This document shows, piece by piece, positions 1-8,386 of a stretch of 20,000 bases of DNA. Below the pieces are notes generated by a model. The model worked only from the letters and a program-made list of their open reading frames with translations, searched no databases and was not told the origin of the DNA. Both the position numbers and the translations under genes were made by a program. The DNA is from an uncultured virus (IMG/VR IMGVR_UViG_3300034110_001129) (lineage: Duplodnaviria; Heunggongvirae; Uroviricota; Caudoviricetes), in IMG/VR virus record IMGVR_UViG_3300034110_001129. One strand, written 5' to 3'. Positions within the stretch are counted from its first letter, which is position 1. Every line of letters starts with the position of its first letter.

Positions 1-330
1 ACTAAATACATACCTTGAACAGCCCACTACTTTCGTGACGGAATGTTTCGAGATATCTGGTCTAAAAAACTTAATTCTCGACCAATTGATAATGCTGGTT
101 TCAGAAAGAAACTCCCCACCAGAACGAGACTTCTTTAAAATGACATTCAAACGATAATGCTTAAATCCAGCCTGAACAGTGTCAGTATGTTCAGGAATTG
201 CAGAGCCTTCTGGAAATTTGAGCAAATACACATCAAAAGGAATAGGCCACATGGATTCAAGTAAAGCAACCTTACTGTAACCAGATGACTGTCTGCCTGT
301 TTTCCATGTAAATCTATTCAAAAATTTCAT
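1..330 (-). CDS. 2OG-Fe(II) oxygenase superfamily protein (3' end runs off the window)
   Basis: Not in the ORF track. Manual translation from ATG at 330 gives MKFLNRFTWKTGRQSSGYSK...IPEHTDTVQAGFKHYRLNVILKKSRSGGEF...FFRPDISKHSVTKVVGCSRYVFS, with an HxD, GGEF, a distal H and an RxxxS-type 2OG-binding motif. Confidence 0.8.
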   Translation of the reverse strand, partial: MKFLNRFTWKTGRQSSGYSKVALLESMWPIPFDVYLLKFPEGSAIPEHTDTVQAGFKHYRLNVILKKSRSGGEFLSETSIINWSRIKFFRPDISKHSVTKVVGCSRYVFS

Positions 331-374
331 TTTTAAGGTCACCATAACAAGATTCCATTTAAAATTTGTTAAGT

Positions 375-404
375 ATTATACCTGAAATCATAGCATGTTG
401 TCAA
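375..404 (-). promoter_or_regulatory. sigma70-type promoter for the oxygenase gene
   Basis: Minus strand TTGACA-18 nt-TATAAT, both hexamers perfect. Confidence 0.75.
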
Positions 405-429
405 TTAAACTGCGAAATCCAATCAAAAG

Positions 430-458
430 GTGACATAATTTTGTATTTATGATATAAT
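430..458 (+). promoter_or_regulatory. sigma70-type promoter with extended -10, divergent from the previous one
   Basis: GTGACA-17 nt-TATAAT with TG-n before the -10; GAGG SD upstream of ATG 495. Confidence 0.7.
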
Positions 459-494
459 TGTCGCATTATATCAATTTAAATGTGAGGTCGTTAA

Positions 495-1127
495 ATGAAC
501 ATACATCAGCAAAAAGATTTTTTTCTTGAACAATTGACGATATTATCTAAAATTGATAATTTTGAAATTGAAAACAATAACGCATATGTTCAAAGTTTAG
601 ATTTCTTAGATAATACGAATGACTATTTGTTATACAATATTAAACATCCACAAATGATTTTGCCAGCCATATTTAAAAATTATTCTGGTTTGAAGCTTCA
701 CAGTTTGGTTGAGGATTTAAACACGGTTATGAAGCCTTATTTAAAAGCGATTGAATTAGATTTCGATTTTAGACATATGTCATGGAACGAAAAACATAAA
801 GTAGGCATGAAAAAAGACTACACCAAAGCCACTGACGTTGACTATTATGCCATTAAATTTATTAATTATGCAGAAGATGGAACAACAACCGTTTTTTCAA
901 TTAGATTTTACGTCGAACCAATACAAGCTTACTATAATGTGACCAATGATTTTAAAGTTTCTCACGATGTCTGGACAGAACTAGGCGTTTACTACCAAGA
1001 CTTGAATTCAATTATCAAGCCAATGTTGTCAGCCTATAATGAGCAACTTTCAAAAACATTGACCTATTCTGTTGATGTAGTGGACGATGAAGTTATTGAA
1101 GTCTTAAATATGTTAAAAATTCACTGA
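495..1127 (+). CDS. Hypothetical protein, dispersed member of the C-terminal MxxI-motif family
   Basis: 210 aa ORF with SD, promoter and terminator; ends ...DDEVIEVLNMLKIH (motif plus one extra residue). Confidence 0.8.
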   Translation: MNIHQQKDFFLEQLTILSKIDNFEIENNNAYVQSLDFLDNTNDYLLYNIKHPQMILPAIFKNYSGLKLHSLVEDLNTVMKPYLKAIELDFDFRHMSWNEKHKVGMKKDYTKATDVDYYAIKFINYAEDGTTTVFSIRFYVEPIQAYYNVTNDFKVSHDVWTELGVYYQDLNSIIKPMLSAYNEQLSKTLTYSVDVVDDEVIEVLNMLKIH

Positions 1128-1154
1128 TAAAAAACCTATCGATGGATAAAAATT

Positions 1155-1177
1155 AAGCCGCTTAATGCGGTTTTTTT
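1155..1177 (+). terminator. Rho-independent terminator
   Basis: AAGCCGC-TTAAT-GCGGTTT followed by a T run, downstream of the 495-1127 ORF. Confidence 0.75.
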
Positions 1178-1223
1178 GTGTCGGTTTTTAATAAATTGTC
1201 TTTTTTATTTTTGATGTTTAAAT

Positions 1224-1250
1224 AAAAAACCCGCACTAGGCGGGCTTTTT
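1224..1250 (-). terminator. Rho-independent terminator overlapping the tyrS stop, probably bidirectional
   Basis: Minus strand AAAAAGCCCGC-CTAGT-GCGGGTTTTTT. Confidence 0.75.
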
Positions 1251-2495
1251 AATCAATCGAAACTCTCGTTTACCTCGTTGGAATACTGCAAATTTTCCAA
1301 ACTTGAAATCTGTAATTTCAAGAGCATTCATTTCTTCTTCACTGGCAATCAACTTATTACCGTTGACTTGAACCGCACCACTCTGGATAAATTCACGGCC
1401 TTGTCGTTTAGACTTCGCCAACCCAGTCGCTACCATCAAATCCAACACGTTCAACGTTTCTGGAACAACCGCTACCATGCCATTTTTTTCAAGACTTGCA
1501 AAATCATCTTCTTGCAAGCTATCAAAGTTATTGTCAAACAACGCTTTGATGTTACGCAACACTGAATCAAGTGCCGCTTGACCATGAACAATAACGGTCA
1601 GTTCTTCAGCCAACATCTGCTGAGCCAATGGTTTTGTGCGTTCCTTATCAGCTTCAAGGATAGCGTCAATTTCTTCAATAGACTTAAACGACAGCATTTT
1701 AAAGAACTTTGGAATATCCGCATCTGCCACTTTCAACCAAAACTGGAAGAAATCAAAAGGACTTGTCATATCGGCTGACAACCATACAGCACCACTCTCA
1801 CTCTTACCAAACTTGGTACCATCTGCCTTAGTCAACAACGGCATAGTCAACCCTGTTGCCACAACATCATTACCTTCCTTACGGTGAATAAGATCAATAC
1901 CAGCCGTAATGTTACCCCACTGATCGCTACCACCTAATTGAAGACGGCAGTTTTTCTCTTTCAGCAAGTGATGGAAGTCCATTGACTGCAGGAGCTGGTA
2001 TGAGAATTCGGTAAAAGAAATCCCTTGGTCATCACGTTCCAAACGGCTACGCACTGAATCTTTGCTCATCATTGAATTCACTGAGAAATGCTTACCAACA
2101 TCACGAAGAAAGTCAATAATAGACAAGTTAACAGTCCAATCATGGTTATCAACTAGCTCTACATCACCCAGAATGCCTTTGATTTGCCCTGCAATACCAG
2201 CTTTGAAGCGATTGACCGTAGCAGCATCATTCAACGTCCTTTCTTGTGCTTTAAAGCTAGGGTCACCAATCATGCCCGTAGCACCACCAATCAATGGGAA
2301 TACAGTATGACCCGCTTTCTTAAATCGAAGCATAGTAATCAATGGCAACAGGCTACCCACATGCAAAGATTCTGCAGTGGGGTCAAATCCGCAGTATAGC
2401 GACAAACCATTGTCCATCAGATCTGAAATCTTAGCTTCATCGGTCATTTGAGCAACGAGGCCACGTTGTTTGAGTTCTTGAATAAAAGCGTTCAT
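1236..2495 (-). CDS. tyrS: Tyrosine--tRNA ligase
   Basis: YCGFDPTAESLHVGS (HIGH motif), GGATGMIGDPS, QLGGSDQWGNI, KFGKS (KMSKS motif) and a C-terminal S4-like domain. Start moved to ATG 2495 because a GGAG SD lies just upstream of it. Confidence 0.98.
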   Translation of the reverse strand: MNAFIQELKQRGLVAQMTDEAKISDLMDNGLSLYCGFDPTAESLHVGSLLPLITMLRFKKAGHTVFPLIGGATGMIGDPSFKAQERTLNDAATVNRFKAGIAGQIKGILGDVELVDNHDWTVNLSIIDFLRDVGKHFSVNSMMSKDSVRSRLERDDQGISFTEFSYQLLQSMDFHHLLKEKNCRLQLGGSDQWGNITAGIDLIHRKEGNDVVATGLTMPLLTKADGTKFGKSESGAVWLSADMTSPFDFFQFWLKVADADIPKFFKMLSFKSIEEIDAILEADKERTKPLAQQMLAEELTVIVHGQAALDSVLRNIKALFDNNFDSLQEDDFASLEKNGMVAVVPETLNVLDLMVATGLAKSKRQGREFIQSGAVQVNGNKLIASEEEMNALEITDFKFGKFAVFQRGKREFRLIKKPA

Positions 2496-2559
2496 AATAT
2501 TTTTCTCCACGAAAATTTAATTGTGTTTTGATGTGTAGCTGAATTTTAGTTAAATAGAT

Positions 2560-2579
2560 AATGCCTCACGAGAGACATT
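2560..2579 (-). promoter_or_regulatory. Hairpin in the tyrS leader, candidate attenuator element
   Basis: Minus strand AATGTCTC-TCGT-GAGGCATT (8 bp stem including one G-U pair), 12 nt after the leader ORF stop. Confidence 0.4.
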
Positions 2580-2591
2580 GAGTGGAGAAGT

Positions 2592-2645
2592 TCAATATCG
2601 AACAGTGAAAGATTTTTGAAAGTGAAATGTATTTGAAGCGTTCAT
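2592..2645 (-). CDS. Putative tyrS leader peptide, MNASNTFHFQKSFTVRY (17 aa)
   Basis: AAGGAA SD, then ATG...TAT TGA, lying between a sigma70 promoter and tyrS; aromatic-rich and ends in Tyr. Confidence 0.5.
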   Translation of the reverse strand: MNASNTFHFQKSFTVRY

Positions 2646-2683
2646 GTTTGTATTCCTTTTAAGGCGTTTCGTTTAATAAGGCT

Positions 2684-2712
2684 ATTCTAACAAAAAATAG
2701 AAGAGAAAGCAA
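2684..2712 (-). promoter_or_regulatory. sigma70-type promoter for the leader peptide and tyrS
   Basis: TTGCTT-17 nt-TAGAAT with extended TG. Confidence 0.7.
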
Positions 2713-2723
2713 GAAAATCTTGC

Positions 2724-3317
2724 TTAACTTTGAGTGGGTTTCCATTTTTTTGTTTCTTTCAAGGTATCGGCTCTGAAAATATCATTATTTCCGATGGTGT
2801 AATTACTCATAATATCGAGATTAAATAGGTGTTTGTTATTGTTCAATGTCTCGGAAGCTATGATGTTATAAACAGTTTTTTGGTTTACAAACTCATTCTG
2901 ACTGACTTTGCTTTTTTCGATATTTTTTAAGGTGTCATTAGATATGTAGTTTCCAATCTCTTTAATGGAAGCTTGAAAGTCTTCTATTGTTTTATTCTTT
3001 CTACCTGATAATACCGCTTCAATCTGATTATCAGATAATGAGAGATTGGCTGTCTGCATAACAGGAAGGTCATTTTTCCAGTCAGTTTCTATTTGTTTAA
3101 TCTTTGGATAAAGATCAATGAAGTCACGTCTTAAAACGACTACTTGCAAATCATTATAATAATTTTGGAAATAATTTTTGATGTGTTCACTTTTTGATTG
3201 TTGCATAAGCTGATTGATGTTGAACACTTGTCTTAAAACAGATAAATCATCCATTCCTTTATTGTTGAATGCATTTAATTCTTGATCTTCTATTTTATTT
3301 AGCATATGGATAACCAT
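2724..3317 (-). CDS. Hypothetical protein
   Basis: 197 aa ORF with no recognised motif; the start could be 3305; Lys-rich C-terminal tail. Confidence 0.7.
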   Translation of the reverse strand: MVIHMLNKIEDQELNAFNNKGMDDLSVLRQVFNINQLMQQSKSEHIKNYFQNYYNDLQVVVLRRDFIDLYPKIKQIETDWKNDLPVMQTANLSLSDNQIEAVLSGRKNKTIEDFQASIKEIGNYISNDTLKNIEKSKVSQNEFVNQKTVYNIIASETLNNNKHLFNLDIMSNYTIGNNDIFRADTLKETKKWKPTQS

Positions 3318-3349
3318 TGTTGATTAGTACATTTTAACATAATTCATTA

Positions 3350-3375
3350 TAAAAAAAAAGAGGCGTCAGCCTCTT
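3350..3375 (-). terminator. Rho-independent terminator after the NUDIX gene
   Basis: Minus strand AAGAGGC-TGAC-GCCTCTT followed by a long T run. Confidence 0.8.
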
Positions 3376-3401
3376 GTTGTCGAATGATTGTCAACTAAGT
3401 C

Positions 3402-3797
3402 TCAAAGAGCAATCGCTAAGTCAACCAGTTTGTGTAGATTGTCAACGCCACATTGTTCTAACATCGGAATATCAACAGCAAAGATATCAACGACTTCTTT
3501 TTCCATTGTCTTAGCTTGGAAAATAAAATCATCGAATGAGCAAAACACAAAGACTTTAAAGACATCGCTCTCAATGTGTCCTAACGATGACCACTGATCC
3601 ACAAAGGTAGTTACACCCGTTTCTTCTTTAAACTCTCTAATCATGGCTTGCATAGCTGTTTCACCTGCTTCAATTTTTCCACCAATACCATTCAATAACC
3701 CACGTTGCCATTCAGGACTTAATTTTCGAATTAATAATATTTTACGACGATCTGCACTGAGGGCAATACCCAAAACATACTCTTGTTTATTATTCAT
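3402..3797 (-). CDS. NUDIX hydrolase (MutT-like)
   Basis: Nudix box GGKIEAGETAMQAMIREFKEETGV; AAGGA SD. Confidence 0.93.
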   Translation of the reverse strand: MNNKQEYVLGIALSADRRKILLIRKLSPEWQRGLLNGIGGKIEAGETAMQAMIREFKEETGVTTFVDQWSSLGHIESDVFKVFVFCSFDDFIFQAKTMEKEVVDIFAVDIPMLEQCGVDNLHKLVDLAIAL

Positions 3798-3911
3798 GAT
3801 GATATCCTTTTAGTTAATTAATCTTCAAGCATACATCAAAAAAGCAAGATTAAAAGAGTAGCTAGAAACATTTAAAGTAAAATATATTATGATATAATAG
3901 AACTAACAACT

Positions 3912-4988
3912 ATGTATTTTAATATGTATTTTAAAAAAGAGTTTATAGATGAAGCTATAAAAAAAGAATTTACTGAAACGTATAACGCTGAGTTTGCTGT
4001 AGCCTATTACCAGAAGACTAACAGTATTGAACATGTAGAACTTGGGATGGTGACTTGTAATCATAATGGAATAGCCGTTAAGAAAGCCATTGTTAGACAA
4101 ACATATATGTCTGATCTTGACACTCAGAAAATGGAATACAAGTTCATTGAAATATCAGGTTCCAAATCAACATTAGGAAATACTCATCTTATTAATCCTG
4201 ATTATAAGTATAAAAGAGGCGAATTAACGGATGTTATGTTTACACCACTTAGTAAAGAACAATTTCAAAAAGAGTTTGGCCTGTTGAATAAAGAAAAGAT
4301 AAAGGAAGCCAGCAGCCTGATGAGTCATTTTTGTAATCTTAAAGAGGAAGGTGTTATTTATTCAAAAGATGGAGAAGAGTTCCAATACAAAATTATTGAA
4401 AACAGTGACCTGACATTAACTTCATACCTATTATTAGATGAATTAAGGCTTTACAAAGATAATATTCAAGTGGGTTATTTAAAAACGAAATACACAAGCG
4501 ATTTAATTATTCAAGAACTGCTAGGAAAAGATTACACCATTCAAAAAGACAAGAACGTAGACCCAGAACATAAAATGGAATACTTAAAAGAGAAAGGTAT
4601 TGAGCATACTGAGTTAAATCATGATATTGTGTTTAATCTAACCAAAACTCAATTACAAGATAACTATAAAAAAATACAACGAGAACTAAAAGTGTTTAAT
4701 GACATTGCTACGGTTGACTACTCAAAGATGAGTGATCAATATAAAGGCAGAGGGTTAGGCACACAAATGTATTTGAAGATAGCCCAACATTATGACAACA
4801 AAAATATTATGTTTAGAAGTTCATCATTGCAATCACCCAGTGCAAAAGGATTATGGCAGAGAATAAAGACCGAACACCCCAACCTGATAAAAGAGATTAG
4901 TATAGGTGAACAAAATTATTATTCATTAAGTCATAAAGAACCTGTCAACAAACTACAAACAAAAAGAAAAAACAAGAAAACTCTATGA
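3912..4988 (+). CDS. Protein with a C-terminal GNAT N-acetyltransferase domain
   Basis: Acetyl-CoA binding motif A QYKGRGLGTQMY, followed by SSSLQSPSAKGLW; the N-terminal ~260 aa are unrecognised; TGnTATAAT at 3890-3898. Confidence 0.7.
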   Translation: MYFNMYFKKEFIDEAIKKEFTETYNAEFAVAYYQKTNSIEHVELGMVTCNHNGIAVKKAIVRQTYMSDLDTQKMEYKFIEISGSKSTLGNTHLINPDYKYKRGELTDVMFTPLSKEQFQKEFGLLNKEKIKEASSLMSHFCNLKEEGVIYSKDGEEFQYKIIENSDLTLTSYLLLDELRLYKDNIQVGYLKTKYTSDLIIQELLGKDYTIQKDKNVDPEHKMEYLKEKGIEHTELNHDIVFNLTKTQLQDNYKKIQRELKVFNDIATVDYSKMSDQYKGRGLGTQMYLKIAQHYDNKNIMFRSSSLQSPSAKGLWQRIKTEHPNLIKEISIGEQNYYSLSHKEPVNKLQTKRKNKKTL

Positions 4989-5001
4989 ATAGAGTTTTTT
5001 T
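4977..5001. terminator. Bidirectional terminator between convergent genes
   Basis: AAAACTCTA-TGAA-TAGAGTTTTTTT. Confidence 0.6.
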
Positions 5002-5017
5002 AATAAGTAATCTTTAA

Positions 5018-6922
5018 TTAACGATTAAAAAGACGGGATGTAATATTTTTCAATAAACCATTTTTTTTCAATTGTGTTGAGTTGTCTAAATCAGCTTGAA
5101 CTGTTTTATTTAAGATTGGATAACTTTTTAAATCATGCTTAATAATCTCTAGTTGTAGTTTCTTAAACTCGTCATTGTCATAAAGTTGATCATCATTTTT
5201 AAAGTGAGCCGCACTGTGAGTTCCATCTTTGTTTAAAGTAATGCCCACTATTGAATTGTTTTCAACTGGATCTTTATTGAAGTCATAAATAAAATATTGA
5301 TGAGCGTCTTCTTTGTAACTTTTAAAGTGAACCTCATCTCTCACAATACACCATGAAGAACTACCAGTAGCCGAACTTTGTTGGAAATTTTCAATCTTAA
5401 TGATGACCATGTTGTCATCATTTTTAACCACTTCTGCATTCACTGAATTCGCTTTTTTTAGAATAGATTCACTATTAAAACCATTATGAATAGCATAGAG
5501 TTGTTTTAATGATTTGTTAAAATCTTCGCTGGTTTTAAAGGCTGCAAGTTTTTTACCCAAAGTTTCCTGTAATTCGCTGGCAGGTATTTTTAAATCATAC
5601 AAAAGTTCTAAGACCTTGAAAGATTCATCATTGTAGAGGTGTTGATATTTTTTACTGGATATACTTAATCCATACTGGTGTATTTTATGATTACGCACAA
5701 ACGCATTCATTGAGTCATCAAGTTGTTCAAACAAGTTATCCTCAATTTCTTCTAATAAATTATAGTCTTTTGATTTTAAGATGGCTTCATGTTCAAGATA
5801 AGTATTTGCAGCGACAAATGCATATCTACACTCATCAAAATCTTCTTTAAGTTTATTTACAAACATTTTTGCAATAGTAGGACTTCTTTTTAATTTATTG
5901 AATAATTCTTTATACATAAAGTTTTCAATAAAGGAATCTTTTAATTCTTTTGAATTAATATTAACCCAATCACCAGAAGATTTTTTAATAGCCATACTGT
6001 TATCTTGAAAGATGTTAATTTGACTAATTTGTGAATTCTTACCATCTATTTTAATCGTGTTGCGAATACGATGAACTGCATTCAAATCAGTATCTGCACG
6101 GTCTAAAAGCATAAGTTCAATAGCATTAGCATTATTAAATAAATTAACAAACTTATGAGCACATGAATAAGAAAATTCAGGCTTATTCTTTATTAATGTA
6201 TCAACTATTTCTTTTCTTATTGTTTTATATTGATCAATGTATTCAAAAACTTTACTGTCTTTAACGAGAGTGTTTAGAATATTATCTTGATTGAAATATT
6301 TTTCAAAAAAAGAAACTTGTCTTTTTAAATTAAAACAACTTTCCATGTAACTAGATTTTTCCAGTTCAGTGGGCTTAGATGAAGTAACAAGATTAATATC
6401 ATAATTAACTTCACTTAAAAATTGTTGCACTTTTTCAAGTTTACTTAAAATGGGTGAAATAATATCTTCTGATAAAAGAGCCACACACAGTGTATTAACC
6501 TTATTCATTTGTAATGAAATATCAACACCTTCATTTTCTGCAATTGCTGCCCAACCATTAAAGTTAACAGCAAGATCTCCCCTGATAGTTGATGGCTTTA
6601 ATCTATTTAATGTTCGTATAATATCTTTCATCGAGTTTGTTTTAAATAAAAATTCTTTGACAGATTCATAATCATTAAAATCAACAACAGAATGTATTTT
6701 TCTTAGTTCATTAATTTGTGTTGAAACCATATATGCCTGACCTGTATGCTTATTATACATAGAATCAAGTTTGGCAAAATAATTATCAAAACGAGCATTA
6801 TATTTATGTTCAGTACGCTCAATTGTGTTACTAAACTTATTGATTAATGAGAAATCTTCATAACTGTCATAGCTGTTATTATGGGAATCGCTTAAAATTT
6901 CTATTTCTTCTATGTTTAACAT
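5018..6922 (-). CDS. Large hypothetical protein, possibly with a C-terminal PcfJ-like domain
   Basis: 634 aa. The C-terminal IIKIENFQQSSATGSSSWCIVR...QYFIYDF...SIVGIT...HFKND resembles PcfJ-like 'WCI' domains recalled from large phages and plasmids; the assignment is tentative. Confidence 0.6.
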   Translation of the reverse strand: MLNIEEIEILSDSHNNSYDSYEDFSLINKFSNTIERTEHKYNARFDNYFAKLDSMYNKHTGQAYMVSTQINELRKIHSVVDFNDYESVKEFLFKTNSMKDIIRTLNRLKPSTIRGDLAVNFNGWAAIAENEGVDISLQMNKVNTLCVALLSEDIISPILSKLEKVQQFLSEVNYDINLVTSSKPTELEKSSYMESCFNLKRQVSFFEKYFNQDNILNTLVKDSKVFEYIDQYKTIRKEIVDTLIKNKPEFSYSCAHKFVNLFNNANAIELMLLDRADTDLNAVHRIRNTIKIDGKNSQISQINIFQDNSMAIKKSSGDWVNINSKELKDSFIENFMYKELFNKLKRSPTIAKMFVNKLKEDFDECRYAFVAANTYLEHEAILKSKDYNLLEEIEDNLFEQLDDSMNAFVRNHKIHQYGLSISSKKYQHLYNDESFKVLELLYDLKIPASELQETLGKKLAAFKTSEDFNKSLKQLYAIHNGFNSESILKKANSVNAEVVKNDDNMVIIKIENFQQSSATGSSSWCIVRDEVHFKSYKEDAHQYFIYDFNKDPVENNSIVGITLNKDGTHSAAHFKNDDQLYDNDEFKKLQLEIIKHDLKSYPILNKTVQADLDNSTQLKKNGLLKNITSRLFNR

Positions 6923-7024
6923 ATTTAAATCTTAGTTTTTTACATTATAACATAAAACATCACAAGAATTAAGATGTTCTAAAAATTTAAATGAAATAGC
7001 TTGTACTCTAAATTTTAAAGGTAT

Positions 7025-7052
7025 AAAAAAACACATCCGAAGATGTGCTTTT
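7025..7052 (-). terminator. Rho-independent terminator with a cUUCGg tetraloop after sohB
   Basis: Minus strand GCACATC-TTCG-GATGTGT-TTTTTT. Confidence 0.85.
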
Positions 7053-7072
7053 CAATATTATGAGATTATGAC

Positions 7073-7957
7073 TTAACGAATAGTTTCATTAGGGTGAGAC
7101 ATTGAGAACATTTTCTCAATGAATTTACCTACGGCAGTTTCAAGCACGGCGTCAAGCCCGACCAACCCAGCAAGACCACCACTTTTTGCTTTCACTTCAG
7201 TGTTAACTTGATGAAGTTTGAAACCTTCTTTAAACGCTTTCAAAATAGCTGTTCGGCTGTCACCGATTTCATCAACCAGTTTTTCAGCAACAACATCTTG
7301 TGCCATATAGAAATCACCTTCCATCAGTTTTTCAGGATTAATATTTGGACGATACTTCAACACATGGTTTTTGAAAGCAGTATGAATTTCAACAAGCTTT
7401 TCTTTAAAAACTGCTTCTTGAGCTTCTGTTGGTGTCTTTGTAGGGACTACGGAACGTTTATTGGTGCCTGCAGTGTAAACTCGAACATCAATACCCACCT
7501 TATTCAAGACTTCTTCAAAAATAGGAACCTGAGAAACCACGCCGATAGATCCAACAAACGCAAAAGGTTGAGCAACAATGCGATCACACACGGAGGCCAT
7601 CATATAACCACCACTAGCCGCAACTTCATCTACGAAAGCAGTGACATGAAGACCGTGAGCACGAAGACGACTGATTTGTTGTGCAGCGTTTGCATAAGCA
7701 GTTACGCTACCACCGGGGCTTTTGATAATCATATATACGGCATCACCACGTTCCGAGTTAAGTACAGTCATGTCTACATCACGTTCTAGTTTTTCAAACG
7801 CATTGCCTTTATCTTCTGAGTTAAACCTAATGACAAAGATATTCTCATCTTTAGCGTTGGCTTTGATTTGACGACGAACTTCTTTACTGGCGATACTTTT
7901 AGTCAGTTCACGGTTCAGATCTTTGATTTCAGTTTTGAAACGAATTTCTTTAGACAT
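7073..7957 (-). CDS. sohB: S49 family serine peptidase, SohB-like, without the N-terminal TM anchor
   Basis: SPGGSVTAYANAAQQISRLR, VDEVAASGGYMMA, PFAFVGSIGVVSQVP and TAGTNKR motifs; AGGAG SD. Confidence 0.85.
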   Translation of the reverse strand: MSKEIRFKTEIKDLNRELTKSIASKEVRRQIKANAKDENIFVIRFNSEDKGNAFEKLERDVDMTVLNSERGDAVYMIIKSPGGSVTAYANAAQQISRLRAHGLHVTAFVDEVAASGGYMMASVCDRIVAQPFAFVGSIGVVSQVPIFEEVLNKVGIDVRVYTAGTNKRSVVPTKTPTEAQEAVFKEKLVEIHTAFKNHVLKYRPNINPEKLMEGDFYMAQDVVAEKLVDEIGDSRTAILKAFKEGFKLHQVNTEVKAKSGGLAGLVGLDAVLETAVGKFIEKMFSMSHPNETIR

Positions 7958-7987
7958 TTAATGCTCCTAGACGTTATTAATGAGGGA

Positions 7988-8016
7988 ATTATAATACATT
8001 TTTAAAACGTTGTAAA
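7988..8016 (-). promoter_or_regulatory. sigma70-type promoter for sohB
   Basis: TTTACA-17 nt-TATAAT. Confidence 0.75.
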
Positions 8017-8034
8017 GTAATGATTTGTATCGAA

Positions 8035-8241
8035 TTATCTATAATAACGGGAAATTCTCACAATCTCGCCATCCATCCACTGAACAGCACTCAATTCTGG
8101 AAGAAGTTTATTCTCGGGTTCAAAGATAAAACGACGAACACCACGAAGCAAACCATAACCATAGCTCAACTCAGAAACGATCTTGTAAAGATTACCACTG
8201 ATTGAATACATCTTGCCACAAATGAGAGGTTTATGTTTCAT
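8035..8241 (-). CDS. Small hypothetical protein (68 aa)
   Basis: AGGA SD and a TTGATA-17-TACAAT promoter at 8278-8306 on the minus strand. Confidence 0.6.
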   Translation of the reverse strand: MKHKPLICGKMYSISGNLYKIVSELSYGYGLLRGVRRFIFEPENKLLPELSAVQWMDGEIVRISRYYR

Positions 8242-8330
8242 CGAAATAATTCCTGATAGTCATTTAAGTAGGTCGCTATTGTATCAACATTTCACTTCAA
8301 TATCAATCATTAAGTTGAAAAAAATAAAAC

Positions 8331-8359
8331 TTTACGTCCATCTTAAATTTTGCTATACT
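8331..8359 (+). promoter_or_regulatory. sigma70-type promoter
   Basis: TTTACG-17 nt-TATACT with extended TG. Confidence 0.65.
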
Positions 8360-8386
8360 TGGTGTAACTATTTAATGGAGTTTTAT

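Noticed and set aside
1278..2399. Plus-strand ORFs of 66-95 aa inside tyrS
   Set aside because: Antisense shadows of a well-conserved gene, with no recognisable motifs.
2511..2680. T-box riboswitch upstream of tyrS
   Set aside because: No T-box consensus (AAnnnnGGTGGnACC) or strong terminator was seen, and the leader is short and AT-rich.
3390..3495. Recurring (G/A)TCAAC hexamers at the NUDIX 3' end
   Set aside because: Irregular spacing, mostly explained by repeated Val-Asp codons on the minus strand.
7208..7789. 193-aa plus-strand ORF
   Set aside because: Lies entirely antisense to the sohB-like gene, so it is most likely a shadow ORF.
8213..8386. 58-codon N-terminal extension of the 8213-8989 ORF
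   Set aside because: Overlaps the opposite-strand 68-aa gene and two promoters; the SD supports ATG 8387.
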